From contig OZ360230.1 in the NCBI GenBank assembly GCA_977017645.1, positions 16,802,001 through 16,866,000 of the forward strand: DNA of 64,000 bases. Direction: 5' to 3'. Positions 1 through 13,545 of the stretch are shown here, piece after piece. The stretch's first letter is position 1, and each line of letters opens with the position of its first letter. A model generated the notes under the pieces. It was not told the DNA's origin, made no database searches, and saw nothing but the letters and a program-made list of their open reading frames with translations. The translations under genes and the position numbers were made by a program. The DNA comes from Torpedo marmorata (Eukaryota).

Positions 1-1216
1 CAGAATCCGCTTTTACCATTTTCTATGGATAATCAGTTACTTAAGTTATGGTTTTTAAAGGGAATTAAGACTTTAAAAGATTGTTTTGAAGCAGGTAGAT
101 TTATTACTTTCCAGAGGTTAAAAGAAAAATTTAATATATTGGATAATACAATGTTAGTTTATTTTCAAGTTAAAGCTTTTTTGATTGAAAGATTAGGGAA
201 TGAATTAACAGCACCAGGGCAAAATGAATTGGAATTATTAATTACTAAAGTCAATGTTAATAAATTTATCTCACAAATGTATAAGTTGTTCCAAAGAAAG
301 ATGTCTAAAGTAGGAGTGCATAAGTCCAGATTGAAATGGGAATTAGATTTGAATGTTAATATAGATGAAAATCATTGGAAAGATTTATGTAAATTAAGTA
401 TGACAAAAGTCATTAATGTGAGATATAGATTGGTACAATATAATTTTTTTCATCAATTGTATTTGACACCTAAAAAAGTAAAAAAATTTAATCCAGCGTT
501 ATCAGATATGTGTTTTAGATGTAAAACTGAAATAGGATCTTTCGCACATTGTACATGGTCATGTTCAATAATTCAAGATTTTTGGTTGAAAGTTAAGAAT
601 TTTTTAGAAAGAATTTTTAATGTTGAAATTGCAATGGATCCTATGTTATTTTTATTTGGAGATATTAAAAAATTTAGTATTAGACATAGATTAAATATGT
701 ATCAAGTAGAATTTTTACGTATAGTATTAGCAGTTTCGAAAAAATGTATAGCTATTACTTGGAAATCGGATGTTGATTTAAATTTAGAGCGATGGCATGC
801 AGAGTTACGGTCATGTATACCATTAGAGAAAATTACTTATAATTTACGAAATAAATATCATTTCTTTTTGAAAATTTGGCGCCCATATATGAGGATTATG
901 GGTTTAACACTGTAAATTCTCTGGATATCAGATCCGCTGGCGAAATAACCTCTAAGATATATTAGTTTTTTTAAGCTTATTGACTCCTCACTCTATTTTT
1001 CTATTTTTCTATCTTTTCTCTTTTCTTTTCTTTTATTATTTTATTTTATTTTAAATTTAGACTAGGGGGATATAGGGGTTAGGGAGGGGAGGGTGGGAAG
1101 GAGGGGGGAGAAAATGTAATCACATGTAAGTTTTTAAGAATTATATGTAGAATTATATTATGTAATGTGTGATTTAAAAATTTAAATAAAATATAAAAAA
1201 AAAAAAAAAAAAAAAA
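1..1216 (+). mobile_element. L1-clade LINE, 3' part: ORF2 C-terminus (to 915), 3' UTR and poly(A) tail; 5' end outside window
   Basis: ORF 25-915 has the fish-L1 C-terminal motifs HQLYLTP, CFRC..GSFAHCTWSC and LEKITY..KIWRPY. It is followed by a T-rich tract, a G-rich polypurine tract (~1064-1110), AATAAA (~1185) and an A-tail to 1216. Confidence 0.9.
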
Positions 1217-1455
1217 TAGAGTCCTTAAATGAGTCTCTGATTGAGTTTGTCATTGAGGAGTCTGATGGTGGAGGGGTAGCAGCTGTTCCTGAACCTGGTG
1301 GTGCACGTCTTGTGGCACCTATACCTCTTTCCTGATGGCAGCAGTGAGAACGGAGCGTGTGCTGGGTGGTGTTGGTCTTTGATAATTGCTGCTGCTCTCC
1401 GATGGCAGCGCTCCCTGTAGATGTGCTCAATAGTGGGGAGGGTTTTGCCTGTGAT
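1217..1455 (-). mobile_element. Rex1/Babar LINE 3' fragment, interrupted by the L1 insertion
   Basis: Near-identical to the Rex1 copies at 12692-13217 and 38705-39932 (minus strand encodes [18 protein letters not shown]). Its 3' UTR breaks off exactly at the L1 poly(A). Confidence 0.8.
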
Positions 1456-2055
1456 TTGTTTCCTTTTTTGCTGTCATTGAAATGATTAACTGAAACGTGA
1501 ATGGCCTTTCCAGTATATTTGAATATGATTTTATTGTCTTAAATCTATTAAAATATTCTCCAAGGCAAAATTTGTTTTAAATTACTTTCCATAATTCTAC
1601 CTGATTACATTAGTTTAGCTTATTTCAGTGCTTCTTGGTTTCAAATGGGTTTGAAAATAAGCTTGAGAAAGGAAATGCTATTCAAACCTTGAACAACTTC
1701 GGGCCCCATTTTACAATGTCATCAATCGCCCCCGAAATGTATACTGTACATAACCTGCATAATTGTTTGATGGATTCAATCTTTGATTTTTATGATAGAT
1801 AAAAACAGTAACATGGCATTGGTTCTACCCTTTTATATTGTTTAGTCTAATTTGAACTTATTTTCCACATGATTCTAAATGATGATGGTATTCTCAGGAA
1901 ATTCTGAGATGTTGCTTCCTCCAGGATCGGTGCAGAAGTGAGTAGAGAATCTGGCATAATGTAAACATAAATAAATTTAAATAAATTACAACAATATCCT
2001 TTTTGTGGATGAGCATTCTCTATAGTATGATCAATTGTTGTTTCCTGAGCATCAG

Positions 2056-2435
2056 TCAAGTTAAGTCAAATTTATTATAATCCGATTGCACAAGTACAAA
2101 CCGACAAAACAGCGTTCTCCGTTCCTTGGTGCAAAACGCACAGACACACAACCAGACATAACACATATACAGACAAACAATACATATGCAGGATAAGTAT
2201 TCATATAGACAATAAATAAATATTGTTTAATGAATATGAGAGTATCGGATGGTTAGTGTGAGCAGTTCAATGGTTGTTCAGCATACTCACTGCCTGTGGG
2301 GAGAAGCTGTTTCTCAGCCTGGTGGTGAGAAACAGCTCTGATACTCCTGTATCTCTTTCTCGGATGGGAGCAGCTGAAAGATGTTACATGCAGGGTGGAA
2401 GGGGTCCTCAAGAGTTTGCGCACATTTTTACAGTG
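2056..2435 (-). mobile_element. Rex1/Babar LINE 3' end, (CTTGA)n-tail subfamily
   Basis: Starts with the tandem tail tcaagttaagtcaa. Collinear with the copy at 54016-54745. Minus strand encodes IFQLLPS.KRYRSIRA. Confidence 0.8.
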
Positions 2436-3842
2436 ATGCAGATTTTGCGGTGATAGGTTGCAATTTAAATATTCCAACAGCATGTTCTTTCGTTTGTGGA
2501 GTGTAAAGCTGTTTGTCACTTTGTAGAAATCATAGAATTTGCCAGTACTACTGTAGCATTTGTTTGGGAAGGTGTGGTTGGGTAATGGTGGATGGATGTT
2601 GAAGCACCACTGAGTGTTACTACAAAACGTGGTTTCCTCCTTAAAAAAAACATTTTATTTTAGATGAATACATTGTTGCTTTTGGTTTATACATTTTGTT
2701 CAAACATGCAAAACTTGAAATGCGCAAGAAAAATGAAGAACATTTTCCAAATTAAAGCACCCCAAAAACTCCAGAATTTCTTTTAATATCCATTGCATGG
2801 TAATGTTATATCTATGAAATATTGCTGCTTGCTCATTAATTGATGGATTAGTGACAGAAAGGAGCTCACAAACTTCTGTGGTTACTAATCTTTTCACAAA
2901 ACATTGGCGCAATGGAACCAACAAAGGAATTGTTCTGAAATAAATATAGCAGAGATTTGATTTATCATGCTTTGTCCATTTTTTATCATTATAGTAATAA
3001 ATAATTTATAATGTATAAGTCAGAGTTATGTTATTTCTCTCTGACATACTATACATTATTTTTCTGTACATTATTAAAGAGATGACAGTTTTAAATACAC
3101 AAAAAAAAGAATAAAGATCTATGTCCACTCAAATTAAAATTACCGTACTTAGATTCGTTGCTCCATTAAGCAGAAATTAGCCTTCCAATCTCTACAAATG
3201 TAATTGGACAATATCTCAGGATGGAAATTGGGAAGGCATGATAATACAAATTACAAATATTAGTAATGAAAATACAGGACCTGAGCCACATTCAAACCTG
3301 TAATTTGCTTAATGAAAGATCATTTCGCAAAATGCAAAAGGTTTTATGAGTTTATAAAAGGTTTTCAGAAGTTGTTGTTATGCTGGGAGACAACCTTACA
3401 TCATAATGACTTATGATACAATGATAAATTGTATAAATAGATTTTCCTGGGCTGCCAGGTGATTTAGTATAGACAGGGCAGACTAGACATTTAAATTTAG
3501 AAGCGGTAGGATATGTATGATTGAGAGGATTGCATTTTTCCATCATAAGTTTGTTTTGATGTTAACCATCAATGAAATGAATAACAGGTATTTTGCTTTC
3601 AATTAAAATGTCCCATAGCTTCGATATTTCTACATTCTATTAGGTTGTGTTTAATATACCAATCAATTTCAAAGATACACAGAGGGACAGAGAAGACGTG
3701 AAGAATTAAAGAGGAGTTGAGAAAACTGGCAAGGCTCATCCCATTCAGTATAAATCTGAAATTACCTGAAATGTACTAAAATTTCAATCCTTGATCAAGA
3801 GCAGATCAAATGTTTTATGGAATTCCCATTAAATAGTCATTT

Positions 3843-6075
3843 TAACCATATAACCATATAACATTTACAGCACAGAAACAGGCCAGTTTGGCCCTTCGAG
3901 TCCATGCCGAACACATTCTCCCACCTAGTCCCACTGACCCGCACCCGGCCCATAACCCTCCACACCTCTCTCGTCCATATACCTATCCAACCTTTCCTTA
4001 AACATTAAAATTGAACTTGCATCTACCACCTCGGCCGGAAGCTCATTCCACCCTCCTACCACCCTCTGAGTGAAGAAATTCCCCCTCATGTTTCCTCTAA
4101 ACTTTTCCCCCTTCAATCTCAATCCATGCCCTCTTGTTTGAATCTTCCCCACTCTCAATGGAAAAAGCCTGTCCACATTGACTCTATCTTTCCCCTTCAT
4201 AATTTTAAATACCTCTATCAAATCACCCCTCAACCTTCTACGCTCCAGGGAATAAAGTCCCAGCCTGTTCAACCTTTCCCTATAACTCAAACCCAGAAAC
4301 CCAGGCAACATTCTTGTAAATCTCCTCTGCACTCTTTCTATTCTGTTTATATCCTTCCTGTAATTCGGCGACCAAAACTGCACACAATATTCCAAATTTG
4401 GCCTCACCAATGCCTTATACAACTTCAACATGACATCCCAACTCCTATATTCAATACTCTGATTTATGAAGGCCAAAATACCAAATGCTTTCTTCACCAC
4501 CCTATCTACGTGTGACTCAACTTTCAGGGAATTGTGTACCAGAATTCCTAAATCCCTCTGTTCTACTGCACTTATCAATTGTCTTCCATTTAACATGTAT
4601 GACCTTTGCTGATTAATCCTACCAAAATGTAGCACCTCACATTTATTAGTATTAAATTCCATCTGCCATGTTTCCGCCCACTCTTCTAACTGTCCTATAT
4701 CCCCCTGCAAGCTTTGATATCCTTCTTCACTGTCAACAACACCACCAATCTTCGTATCATCTGCATACTTACTAATCCAATTTACCACCCTATCATCTAG
4801 ATCATTAATATATATGACAAACAACAATGGACCCAGTACCGATCCCTGAGGCACTACACTAGTCACCGGCCTCCAATTTGACAAACAATTTTCCACCACT
4901 ACTCTCTGGCATCTCCTATCCAACCATTGTTGAATTCATTTCACTACTTCGTCGTTAATACCTAATGCTTGAACCTTCCTAACGAGCCTCTTATGCGGAA
5001 CCTTGTCAAATGCCTTACTAAAGTCCATATAGACAACATCCACAGCCTTCCCCTCGTCAACCCTCTTAGTAACCTCATCGAAAAACTCTATGAGATTTGT
5101 CAAACATGATCTACCACGGACAAAACCGTGTTGACTACTCCTAAGCAATGCTTGTCTTTCCAAATAACTGTATACACCATCTCTAAGAACACTCTCCATT
5201 AATTTACCCACTACCGATGTCAAACTCACAGGCCTATAATTTCCAGGTTTACTTTTGGAGCCCTTCTTAAACAGTGGGACAACATGAGCTACCCTCCAAT
5301 CCTCCGGCACCTCCCCCGTGGCCAGTGACATTTTAAATATTTCTGTCAGAGCTCCCACTGTTTGTACTCGGGAATATCCTGTCAGGACCTGGAGATTTAT
5401 CCACCTTTATTCTCTTTAAAATAGCCAATACTACCTCCTCATTAATCTTTATATTATCCATGACCTCCCTGCCAGATTGCCTTACTTCACCTGGCTCAAT
5501 ATTCCTTTCCTTTGTAAATACTGAAGAAAAAAATTCATTTAAAATCTCCCCCATCTCCTCTGACTTCTCACATAGCCTACCCGTCTGATCCTCAATGGGC
5601 CCAATTTTATCCCTCACTATTCTTTTGCTTTTAATGTACCTGTAGAAACCCTTTGGATTTATTTTTACCTTGCCTGCCAAAGCAGCCTCATATCTCCTTT
5701 TAGCCTTTCTAATTTCTTTCTTAAGATTTTTTTTACACTCCTTATATTCCTCAAGGACCTCATCTATTCCCTGCTGTCTATACCTGTTGTACACATCTCT
5801 CTTCCTCCGAACCAAATTCCCAATATCCTTTGAAAACCAAGGCTCCCTATATTTTCTAACTCTTCCTTTAATCCTCACAGGGACGAACCGACTCTGTACT
5901 CTCAAAATTTCCCATTTGAATATCCTCCATTTATCTGTGACATCCTTTCCTAAAAATAAATTATCCCAATCCACCCCCTCTAAATCTTTCCTCATCTCCT
6001 CAAAATTTGCCTTATTCCAATCAAGAATCTCAACCTTAGGCCCAGCCCTATCCTTCTCCATTATCAACCTAAAAC
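3843..6075 (-). mobile_element. CR1-clade LINE (HER1-like), 5'-truncated, with disrupted ORF2 reverse transcriptase
   Basis: Three consecutive ORF pieces (5333-6097, 4936-5358, 3925-4923) carry KSPGPD, NYRPVSLTS, QHGF, DFSKAFDKV, VPQGSVLGP and YADD. They are broken by a small deletion/frameshift (~5365) and a TGA (4936). The 3' tail is the tandem repeat (AACCATAT)n at 3843-3862. Confidence 0.95.
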
Positions 6076-7649
6076 CTTCCACGAGCTTAGGAAACAAATC
6101 ATGTTGAAAAATTATTCATTTATGATATGGACACATTTGAGCAATTATTGGTTTAATATTGTTACACTTTAAAGTTTTATGTTTTAAATTATTCAGTCAT
6201 GGCAAAGAGCCCAATTCTGAAATATATTTAAATTACGCTATTGTATTTGATATCAGACTCAGATACTCTTTCACTTTTTGTTTGCATTGATTTGTCTTTG
6301 CAAATTAATTATCCAGTTTCATTTTTCCAAATACCTGTGATGTTGCATAAGTGTACTTTGATTGATGGCTGTTCACCGTCTGCAGGAAGCAAGCTTCAAA
6401 GGAAATGTAGTTCTCAAGGAGTTAATGGAGCATATGCATGCTGTAAATTGCTGAATGAGTAGTTTCCTGTGTTTTTACTTGCTAGAAAGAGGATGAAGAA
6501 TGAAACTATAATGAGAAGCTGTTAGCACACAACAGCTTCAAACCCATCTTGAAAAGATCCTTATAGAGAGGATCCATCATCACACCTCGGAGTTGCACAT
6601 GCAAATTATCACACCTGGTACTACCAAATTCCACATCCTCGTGTGTTTACAGAAGAATCCTCACTGTTGTTGAGAGGAAATTGAGGTAACAGAGATTTTA
6701 CAAGATTCATGTTTAATGTGTTAAAGGGAAATCTACCAGTATTTGCAACTTTCTATTTATCACTGTAACATAGATTGTCCAATCAAAAGCAGTTAAAATA
6801 TATATAATAAATTTGGTGCTAATGAGTTATTTTATCTTTATATTGTTAAAAGTCAAAATGCAAAATTTGGCTGCAAGAGCAGAGAAAGCAGCTTTTAGAT
6901 TGTTAATCATTACAAATATTTTGTTTTTTGTCAACAGAGGAGTCTTTTAATTTTGAGGTGGTAATTTGTTTGATATAAATTAATTAGAAGTTTTAACACA
7001 GGTGAGTAGAATAATTAGCCTTAAACATTATTTTTATTGATGTGCCATAAGATGAAATCTTATCTTCCTTATTACAAGGTACATGACTTTCTAAGAAATA
7101 TGATATTATATAAAATACATCAACCATTGTTATTAAGGGCTTTGCATTAATAATGCAGAGGTGCTACATTGTTTAATTTGAAAAGGTCAGGATTCTTGGA
7201 TCACTGGTGCAGTAAAAATTTGGGGAATTCAACATTCAAATAGCAAGCTTTGTAAGATAAGATAGCAAAAATGCAAGCAGAGCCAACAGCTCCCAACCCC
7301 TTAATAATTATTTCTTAGTGGTTTTTATTCTCTTCTTTGGCTTCTGAACAAAACTGGTATGAGAAAAGAAGTTGATGACTGCAGTGGCATATGCCTAAGG
7401 TGGCAGATGGTTGTGTGGTGACTGTAGTGTTTGTAGGTGGACAGCTGTGAGGAATGTGCCACTTCAGAGCCAGGCAGCAAATCAGCTTTCAGCTGAAAAA
7501 CAGAAAGAATTTGAAACATAAGGTGCTGTCTACACATGAATATAAACCTTAATTTTGTATTCTGCCCCTCTGTGGTGTATGTGTGGCTGGTTGAGTACAA
7601 TGTATTCAATTTACAAGTCGTAGATCTGCCATTGTTTTGTGAAAACTAT

Positions 7650-7912
7650 TTTCCCCCTCTCTCTGACTTGTCCTTTCCCTCCCCTCCTGATGGTTTCTCC
7701 CTCTACCAGTGTCTTCCCCTTTTGCACTTCTGCCCTATCACCTCTCACACACCTGTCTTATCACCTCTGGGTCCTTCCCCTAGCTTCATTCCCCCTTCAC
7801 CCCCTTATCTCTAGTATTGAGAAAGGGTCTAGCCCAAAACGTTGACGGACCATTTCTTCCCGTGGATGCTGAATGACCTGCTGAGTTCCTCGGGCAATTC
7901 TTTGTCTGCATT
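7650..7912 (+). mobile_element. Penelope-like element 3' tail with degenerate hammerhead motif
   Basis: Pyrimidine-rich tract, then ttgagaaagggtctagcccaaaacgtt and gatgctgaatgacctgctgagttcctc. The same tail follows the GIY-YIG fragments at 46850 and 51885. Confidence 0.65.
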
Positions 7913-8439
7913 TGATGTACTTATATTGGCTGCACTTAACATCAATCCTTACAATAATAAATACAAGTGCTCAGTAAGTTTGCAATACTCCATGAAATGA
8001 TCTAAAATACACCCTGTATTTTAATAAAGATTGCAATTGAGTTTAAAGTATTCTTTGCTTACAGAGATTTGTAAGATATGAGCCATTAGTTAAGGATGTG
8101 TTCACTGATTTTAAAGTGTCTGGTTTTCTGCCAAGTTTGTACTATGTTTTTTGTAACTCTTTAGACGATTAGACATTCAAACAATAACATTGGTAAATGG
8201 TTGACTTTTGAAGAAAACCAAGTTGAAGACTACTTTGAAAAGTGTTTCAATCTTTTGATGAGTCATTCTGGATGATGTTCAGCCTCCAATGTTAATGGAA
8301 TGAACTGGAAGATGTCACTTTCATAGCCACAGGCTGAGCTCTCAGACCAGATAATCATACCTATGAATTTTCGTGCATGAATCACTGACTACCTCTGTGA
8401 AATGCAGAACATTTTGAACGGGTAACACATTAGTTAAAT

Positions 8440-9080
8440 GATCATAATATTAATCCAAAAATCCAGACTAACAATGCAGAGATCAGAGTGCAAATCTGAA
8501 TAAAGGAGATGTGGAATTCAAATTCAGATTAATGTTATTGAATTGGAAGAAAAATAACTACAGTAAAACCCCTAGAATCCAGAATTCAAGCAACCGGCAA
8601 ACGTCTCAAACAACCAGCAAAAAAATCGAGGAAAATAAATAAAAATTAAAATTAATAAGGATAAAATAATAGGTAAAAATATGTACATTTAAAATTGGCA
8701 CACCTCGCCATTAGTTTGCCAATCCACCACTCGCGCACCAGGTGGATTCGTCACGGTATATTAGACTGTCTGGTGAGCAGAAATCAGTGGATCATGAGGC
8801 AGTGGATGGATTTTAGTTAGGCATTGTAAGAGTAAATCTCAAGCAACCAGAAAATACACTTATCCAGCATCTACCAATCCCCATTGGTGCTGATACCAGG
8901 GGTTTTACTGTAATTATAGAAATGATGACAATGAAAACTACCACCATGTTGTAAAATCCATCTGGTTCACCAGTGTCCTTCTGGTAAGGACATCTGCTAT
9001 TCTGTCTGGTCCTTGTGTGGTTGAGTAAGCCATTCAGCAATTGCATTAGAGCTCGGTGCAAAAATTTTAAAAAAAGAATA
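8440..9080 (+). mobile_element. Ancient DeuSINE (SacSINE1/AmnSINE1-like), split by a MITE
   Basis: Deu-domain-like ttgtaaaatccatctggttcaccagtgtccttctggtaaggacatctgc at ~8950-9000. A degenerate head (ggaattcaaattca) lies upstream of the MITE. Recognised from memory of the consensus. Confidence 0.55.
8561..8910. mobile_element. Tc1/mariner (Tigger-like) MITE
   Basis: TIRs CAGTAAAACCCCTAGAATC / GATACCAGGGGTTTTACTG (17/19 match) flanked by TA at 8559-60 and 8911-12. A second copy is at 36138-38503. Confidence 0.9.
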
Positions 9081-10502
9081 AAACAGGACAACATCAATCT
9101 AGGCACTAAATTCAAACATAGCGAGATGCTTCCAGATGTTGATGATTTCACAACATCTGGGTGCTTGTACTTGACTTGGGAGACGAGTCAGGCAACAGCC
9201 TGATGAAGTTCTCCTCACTGCCAGTGTGCCAGTTCTCTCCATTGTAATTCCTGGGCATGTACCAGCAAGACAGACCCACCAGAGGTGGTGGCACAGTAGT
9301 GTACAGTCAGGAGGGTGTGCCACTTGGAGTCCACAATGATGACTCCAGACCTCAAGATGGCACCAGTCCTCGCATCAGTTGTTGGCTGGTGAATCAGTCT
9401 TTCTCCATGTTGAACATTTGGAAAAAATATTGAAAGTAGAAAGTGCATAAAATTTACTCTGTGTGGGGATTTTTTTATAATTTATTATGATATAATTAAT
9501 GATTAGCAAGACTAACATTTATTGCCCATTACTGATTTCCCTGGAGAACATGGTGGCGAGCTGTTTTGTTGAGCCATTGCAGACCTTCTGATGAAGGAAC
9601 TTCTCCAATGCTGTTTGATAGCATGTTCTAGGATTTAGACCCAATAATCATGAAAGACTGGCAACATTCCGAGTAAGAATGTTGTGCAATCTGGAAGGGA
9701 AACTGCAGGCGGTAACGTTCCCATCCACCTGCTGCCCTCGTTCTTTGTAGTAGTCAAGGTTCCAGGTTTGGGAGATGCTAGGTGAGTAACAGCAGTGCAT
9801 TTTGTAGATGATATGAACTGCAGCCACTCGTGAAGGGAATGAAATTTTGGGGGGATGAATGGAGTATCAATCAAATGGGCTAATATGTTTTTGATGATGT
9901 TTAGCTTTTAAAGAGTTATTGGGGTTGCACTCATTCAGACAAGTGGAAAATATTCCATCATGCTCCTGAATTGTGCCTTATAGATAATGGAAAGATTTTG
10001 GGCATCAGGAGGTCAGTCATTCTTTACTGGATATCCAACCTCTGTTCTGATCCTGTGGCCATACTATTTATTCAGCTAGTCCAACTAAATTTATGGTCAA
10101 TTGTTATCCCGAGGATATTGATGGTGGGACCTTGAATACACGGCCTGTGTGGATGGTGGAGGCAAGTACTCTCTGAACATTTAAGAACTGTTTAGATAAC
10201 CATTTAAATCTCTAATTCATAGATGACTACTGACCAAATGTTGGTAAATGGAATTAGTGTAGCTGGGTACTTGATGATCAGCATGGACACAGTGGGCCAA
10301 AGGTATGATTCTTTGAGTCTATGTCAACATTTGATGAATCCCTGCATTTCCAAGTACTGGTCAATCCTGTTCCTCAGATTATTTTTACAATACCTTCCTT
10401 ACCCCAAATGGTAGACTCACAGGCCTGTAATTACCTGTGTTATCCATGTTGCTTTTCGTGAAGAAAGTTATCCCATTCACTGTCCTTATACGATGAGAGA
10501 GA

Positions 10503-10812
10503 AGTACAGCACAGAAGCAGGCCCTTCGACACACAGCAACTTTAGACTAACCTTACCCTGACCCTTTTAATTCTCACCACATTCCCATCAACTCCCCTCA
10601 TATTCTACCACTCACCTATCCACTAGAGGCAACTTACAGTGACCAAATTACCTCTTGGGATGTGGGAGGAAACCAGAGCACCTGGAGGAATCCCACATCA
10701 TCACAGGAAGAATGTGGAAACTCCACCCAGACAGCACCAGTAGCCAGGATTGCACCTGGATCTCTGGACCTGCGAGGCCGCAGTTTTACTCACTGTGCCA
10801 CTGAGCCACCTT
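10503..10812 (-). mobile_element. Older tRNA-derived V-SINE (HE1-like)
   Basis: V-domain gtgggaggaaaccagagcacctggaggaatcccac..ggaaactccac, a tRNA-like head at ~10745-10810, and a CR1-like tail acagcacagaagcaggcccttcg. Confidence 0.75.
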
Positions 10813-12691
10813 CTCATCTCCCACTCTTTCTATTGAATACTCCACAGTCGAGCTGATGGAAATCGACTCGTGCCGAGGAAGACATTGCACAAGGGATCGA
10901 TGTGGCTTGAACCCTCTGTGAATCTGCAGCAAAGCTGCCTCTTCAGTTGGCAAGCTTGTCGTTTTGGGGATGGGGGCAGGGACAAATTGTCAGCCTGAGT
11001 GACAATGTGTCTTCTGCTCCACTTTCCTCCAGCTAATTTCCCACCACCTCCTAGCCAGGTGGGACTATATTGAGGATGAGAGATATTGGGATTGCTCGCG
11101 GTGAGGGAAGGAGGCAAGAAAGAGTTGCAAGGTTGCACCATCTGTGTTTTGTAAATCTGAGGAGCTGTGATATAAAATGTGAATGGGGAGTGAGTAGGAT
11201 TGTATATAAGCAACTTGGACAAAGTGCTGCACTCGGTCCCTTTTCTTTTGCTGGACATTTAGTGTTTACTGAAATTAATTTAAATTTAACCTGATCTAAA
11301 ATCCTTGTTGGATTGCTACAGGAATATGTCAGATATCAACTTCTGCAAAGTAAACTCAAATCTTGGAAGGTCTGGGGAAAAGTAATGAAATTAATACCAA
11401 GTTGGTCACTTTCTGGTGTTAGTTGAGGAAAAGAATTTGGCCAAATCATTTGTTGTTTTTGCCAAGACTTATTTAACCTGTGAAGTGTGTCTTCAACTGC
11501 ATTTCTGAAAAACAGAAACATCCTTACAACTCACGTACCTCACTAACCACTCTGACCCGATTTTGTGTTGAAGTACAGAGTGAGATTTGGACCTACAATC
11601 TTCAAAAATGAAAGTCTTGTGAACTGAGCCAAAGTGACATTTAGGGTAATTTGTTTTGCTACGGACGTTTCTAGTTGCACTCATGATTTATGTTTAAGCT
11701 TTTTATTACTTGCCAAATACATAATTCTTCTTTGTATGATTTTACCTTTAAATGAAAGTATTGGCTGTGAACGTGGAGGTCCTGCACTTCCCAAGAAGTC
11801 CTCTCAGGCAATTTTCCAACATCACATCATCGACATTGCAATATACCAGCAGTTACACTGGGAATCCATCAACAAAAGTTCCCAGGTTAAATCTGGCACA
11901 GGTTCAATTACTTTATTCACTTCAATGAGAAGCATGTTTCAGGTCATTTGTCTCCTTTTAAAATTAATATTTGAACTTATTTGAACGTTTTATGTTTTTA
12001 GTGGTTTTAAGATTCTTATATTTAATTTTTAATTGAATAGTTATCTTTGTTAGTTTTAAATACTATTAGTTTTCGGCAATTCACAAACATTTCAATGGTG
12101 GGCCACCTATTGTCTGAGTCCAGATTTTTGAAGAGTACAGAAGGCATGACTAATATGCTACCTACAGTACAAGGGTTCAGCTCCCGTTCCTTTGATCTCT
12201 TGAACTTTTTCAGGTGAAATGGCACGTTTCCAAAAGAGGTATTATTCTCACATAAATACTGTGATCAGGCTACATGAATTCTTGGAGACTGTATGCATTC
12301 ATCTGACACATAGTTATGGGAATTTGAGAACTTCCACTTCTGAAAACCCTCAGTTATATTTGTACATGAATATCAACCTGATGTGTGACTTAAAATTTTG
12401 CCATTGAGCAGGTGAGTTTGGGCTTTTCAAAGAGCAAAATGGAAAATTAGACTGCTGTTGCACCAATGGTTGAGGTGGGAAATAAATGCTTGAGTAGTGG
12501 CTGGTGATCATTAGCTATATAATTCTGTTCCTTTATGAATTTCATTTGTCCTTGTCTCAACATTTCATTAAAACAATGGAGACAGTAAATTAATACAAAT
12601 GTGTCTAATGTTTGAATGATCATATCATCTGCAATTTATTTAATCAATTATGTTGAAGTTTTGGGGTAATTCAAAAGTGTAAAAAGAGATA

Positions 12692-13217
12692 TCAGATTTC
12701 AGATTTGTTGTCAGATTACACACATGACATCACATACAACCCTGAGATTCTTTTTCCTGCAGTCGAGGCAGAATTACCACTTATTGGTAGTGCAAAAAAA
12801 AACTGTACTCAACGTACACATGTAAACAAATAAAGAAATATAAACAAAAGTAAATGTCCTTAAATGGGTCCCTGATTGAGATTGACTGTTGAGGAGTCTG
12901 ATGGTGGAGGGGTAGCAGCTATTCCTGAACCTGGTGATGCGAGTCTTGTGGCACCTATACCTCTTTCCTGATGGTAGCAGCGAGAACGGAGTGTGTGCTG
13001 GGTGGTGTGGTTCCTTGATGATTGCTGCTGCTCTCCGACGGCAGCGTACCCTGTAGATGTTCTCGATGGTGGGGAGGGTTTTGCCTGTGATGTCCTGGGC
13101 TGTGTCCATTACCTTTTGCAAGGCTTTACACTCAGGAGTATTGATGTCCCCATACCAGACTGTGATGCAGCCAGCTGGTCAGCACACTTTTCACCACGCA
13201 TCTGTAGAAATTTGGCA
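12692..13217 (-). mobile_element. Rex1/Babar LINE 3' fragment
   Basis: ORF 12774-13121 reads [39 protein letters not shown]. Tail tcagatttcagattt. Confidence 0.88.
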
Positions 13218-13397
13218 TACAAGGTGCTAATATGGATGAGAGAGCATTGACATTTTACTTTTTGCTGACTGAATTTGTGCGAAGTTAAAAATATCCTGTT
13301 CATGACAAAAAGGAAACATTACCCAAAATGTATGAATGTTCTTGGTTTTAGTCTGTAACACCATATTGTTTGCATCCAGTTAACCAGTAACGTTCAG

Positions 13398-13545
13398 TGT
13401 AAACAAGGGAGACTGCAGATGGTGTAAAACTGGAGCAACACACAAAATGCTGGAGGAATCAGCAGGTGAGGGAGCATCAGGGAAGGCAATAGATAGTAAA
13501 CATTTGGGGCCAAAATGCTGCTTTGGGAACTTTCAACGTAGTTTC
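13398..13545 (-). mobile_element. Penelope-like 3' tail fragment
   Basis: ctgcagatggtgtaaaactggagcaacacacaaaatgctggaggaatcagcaggt is the reverse complement of the tail family. Confidence 0.6.

Noticed and set aside
25-915. 296-aa ORF as a host or domesticated gene
   Set aside because: It is followed by an L1 3' UTR and poly(A) inserted into a Rex1, and a decayed paralog with a TSD is at 33300. An open frame only indicates youth.
1925-1937. 13-nt micro-exon (ttcctccag|GATCGGTGCAGAA|gtgagt)
   Set aside because: No neighbouring exons or recognisable peptide; such motif pairs occur by chance.
4126-6107. Plus-strand ORFs 4126-4515 and 5670-6107, and similar antisense ORFs over Rex1 and Gypsy
   Set aside because: Shadow frames opposite transposon coding sequence.
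9100-10320. Very old LINE-like fragments
   Set aside because: They look repeat-derived, but I could not assign a family or boundaries reliably by eye.
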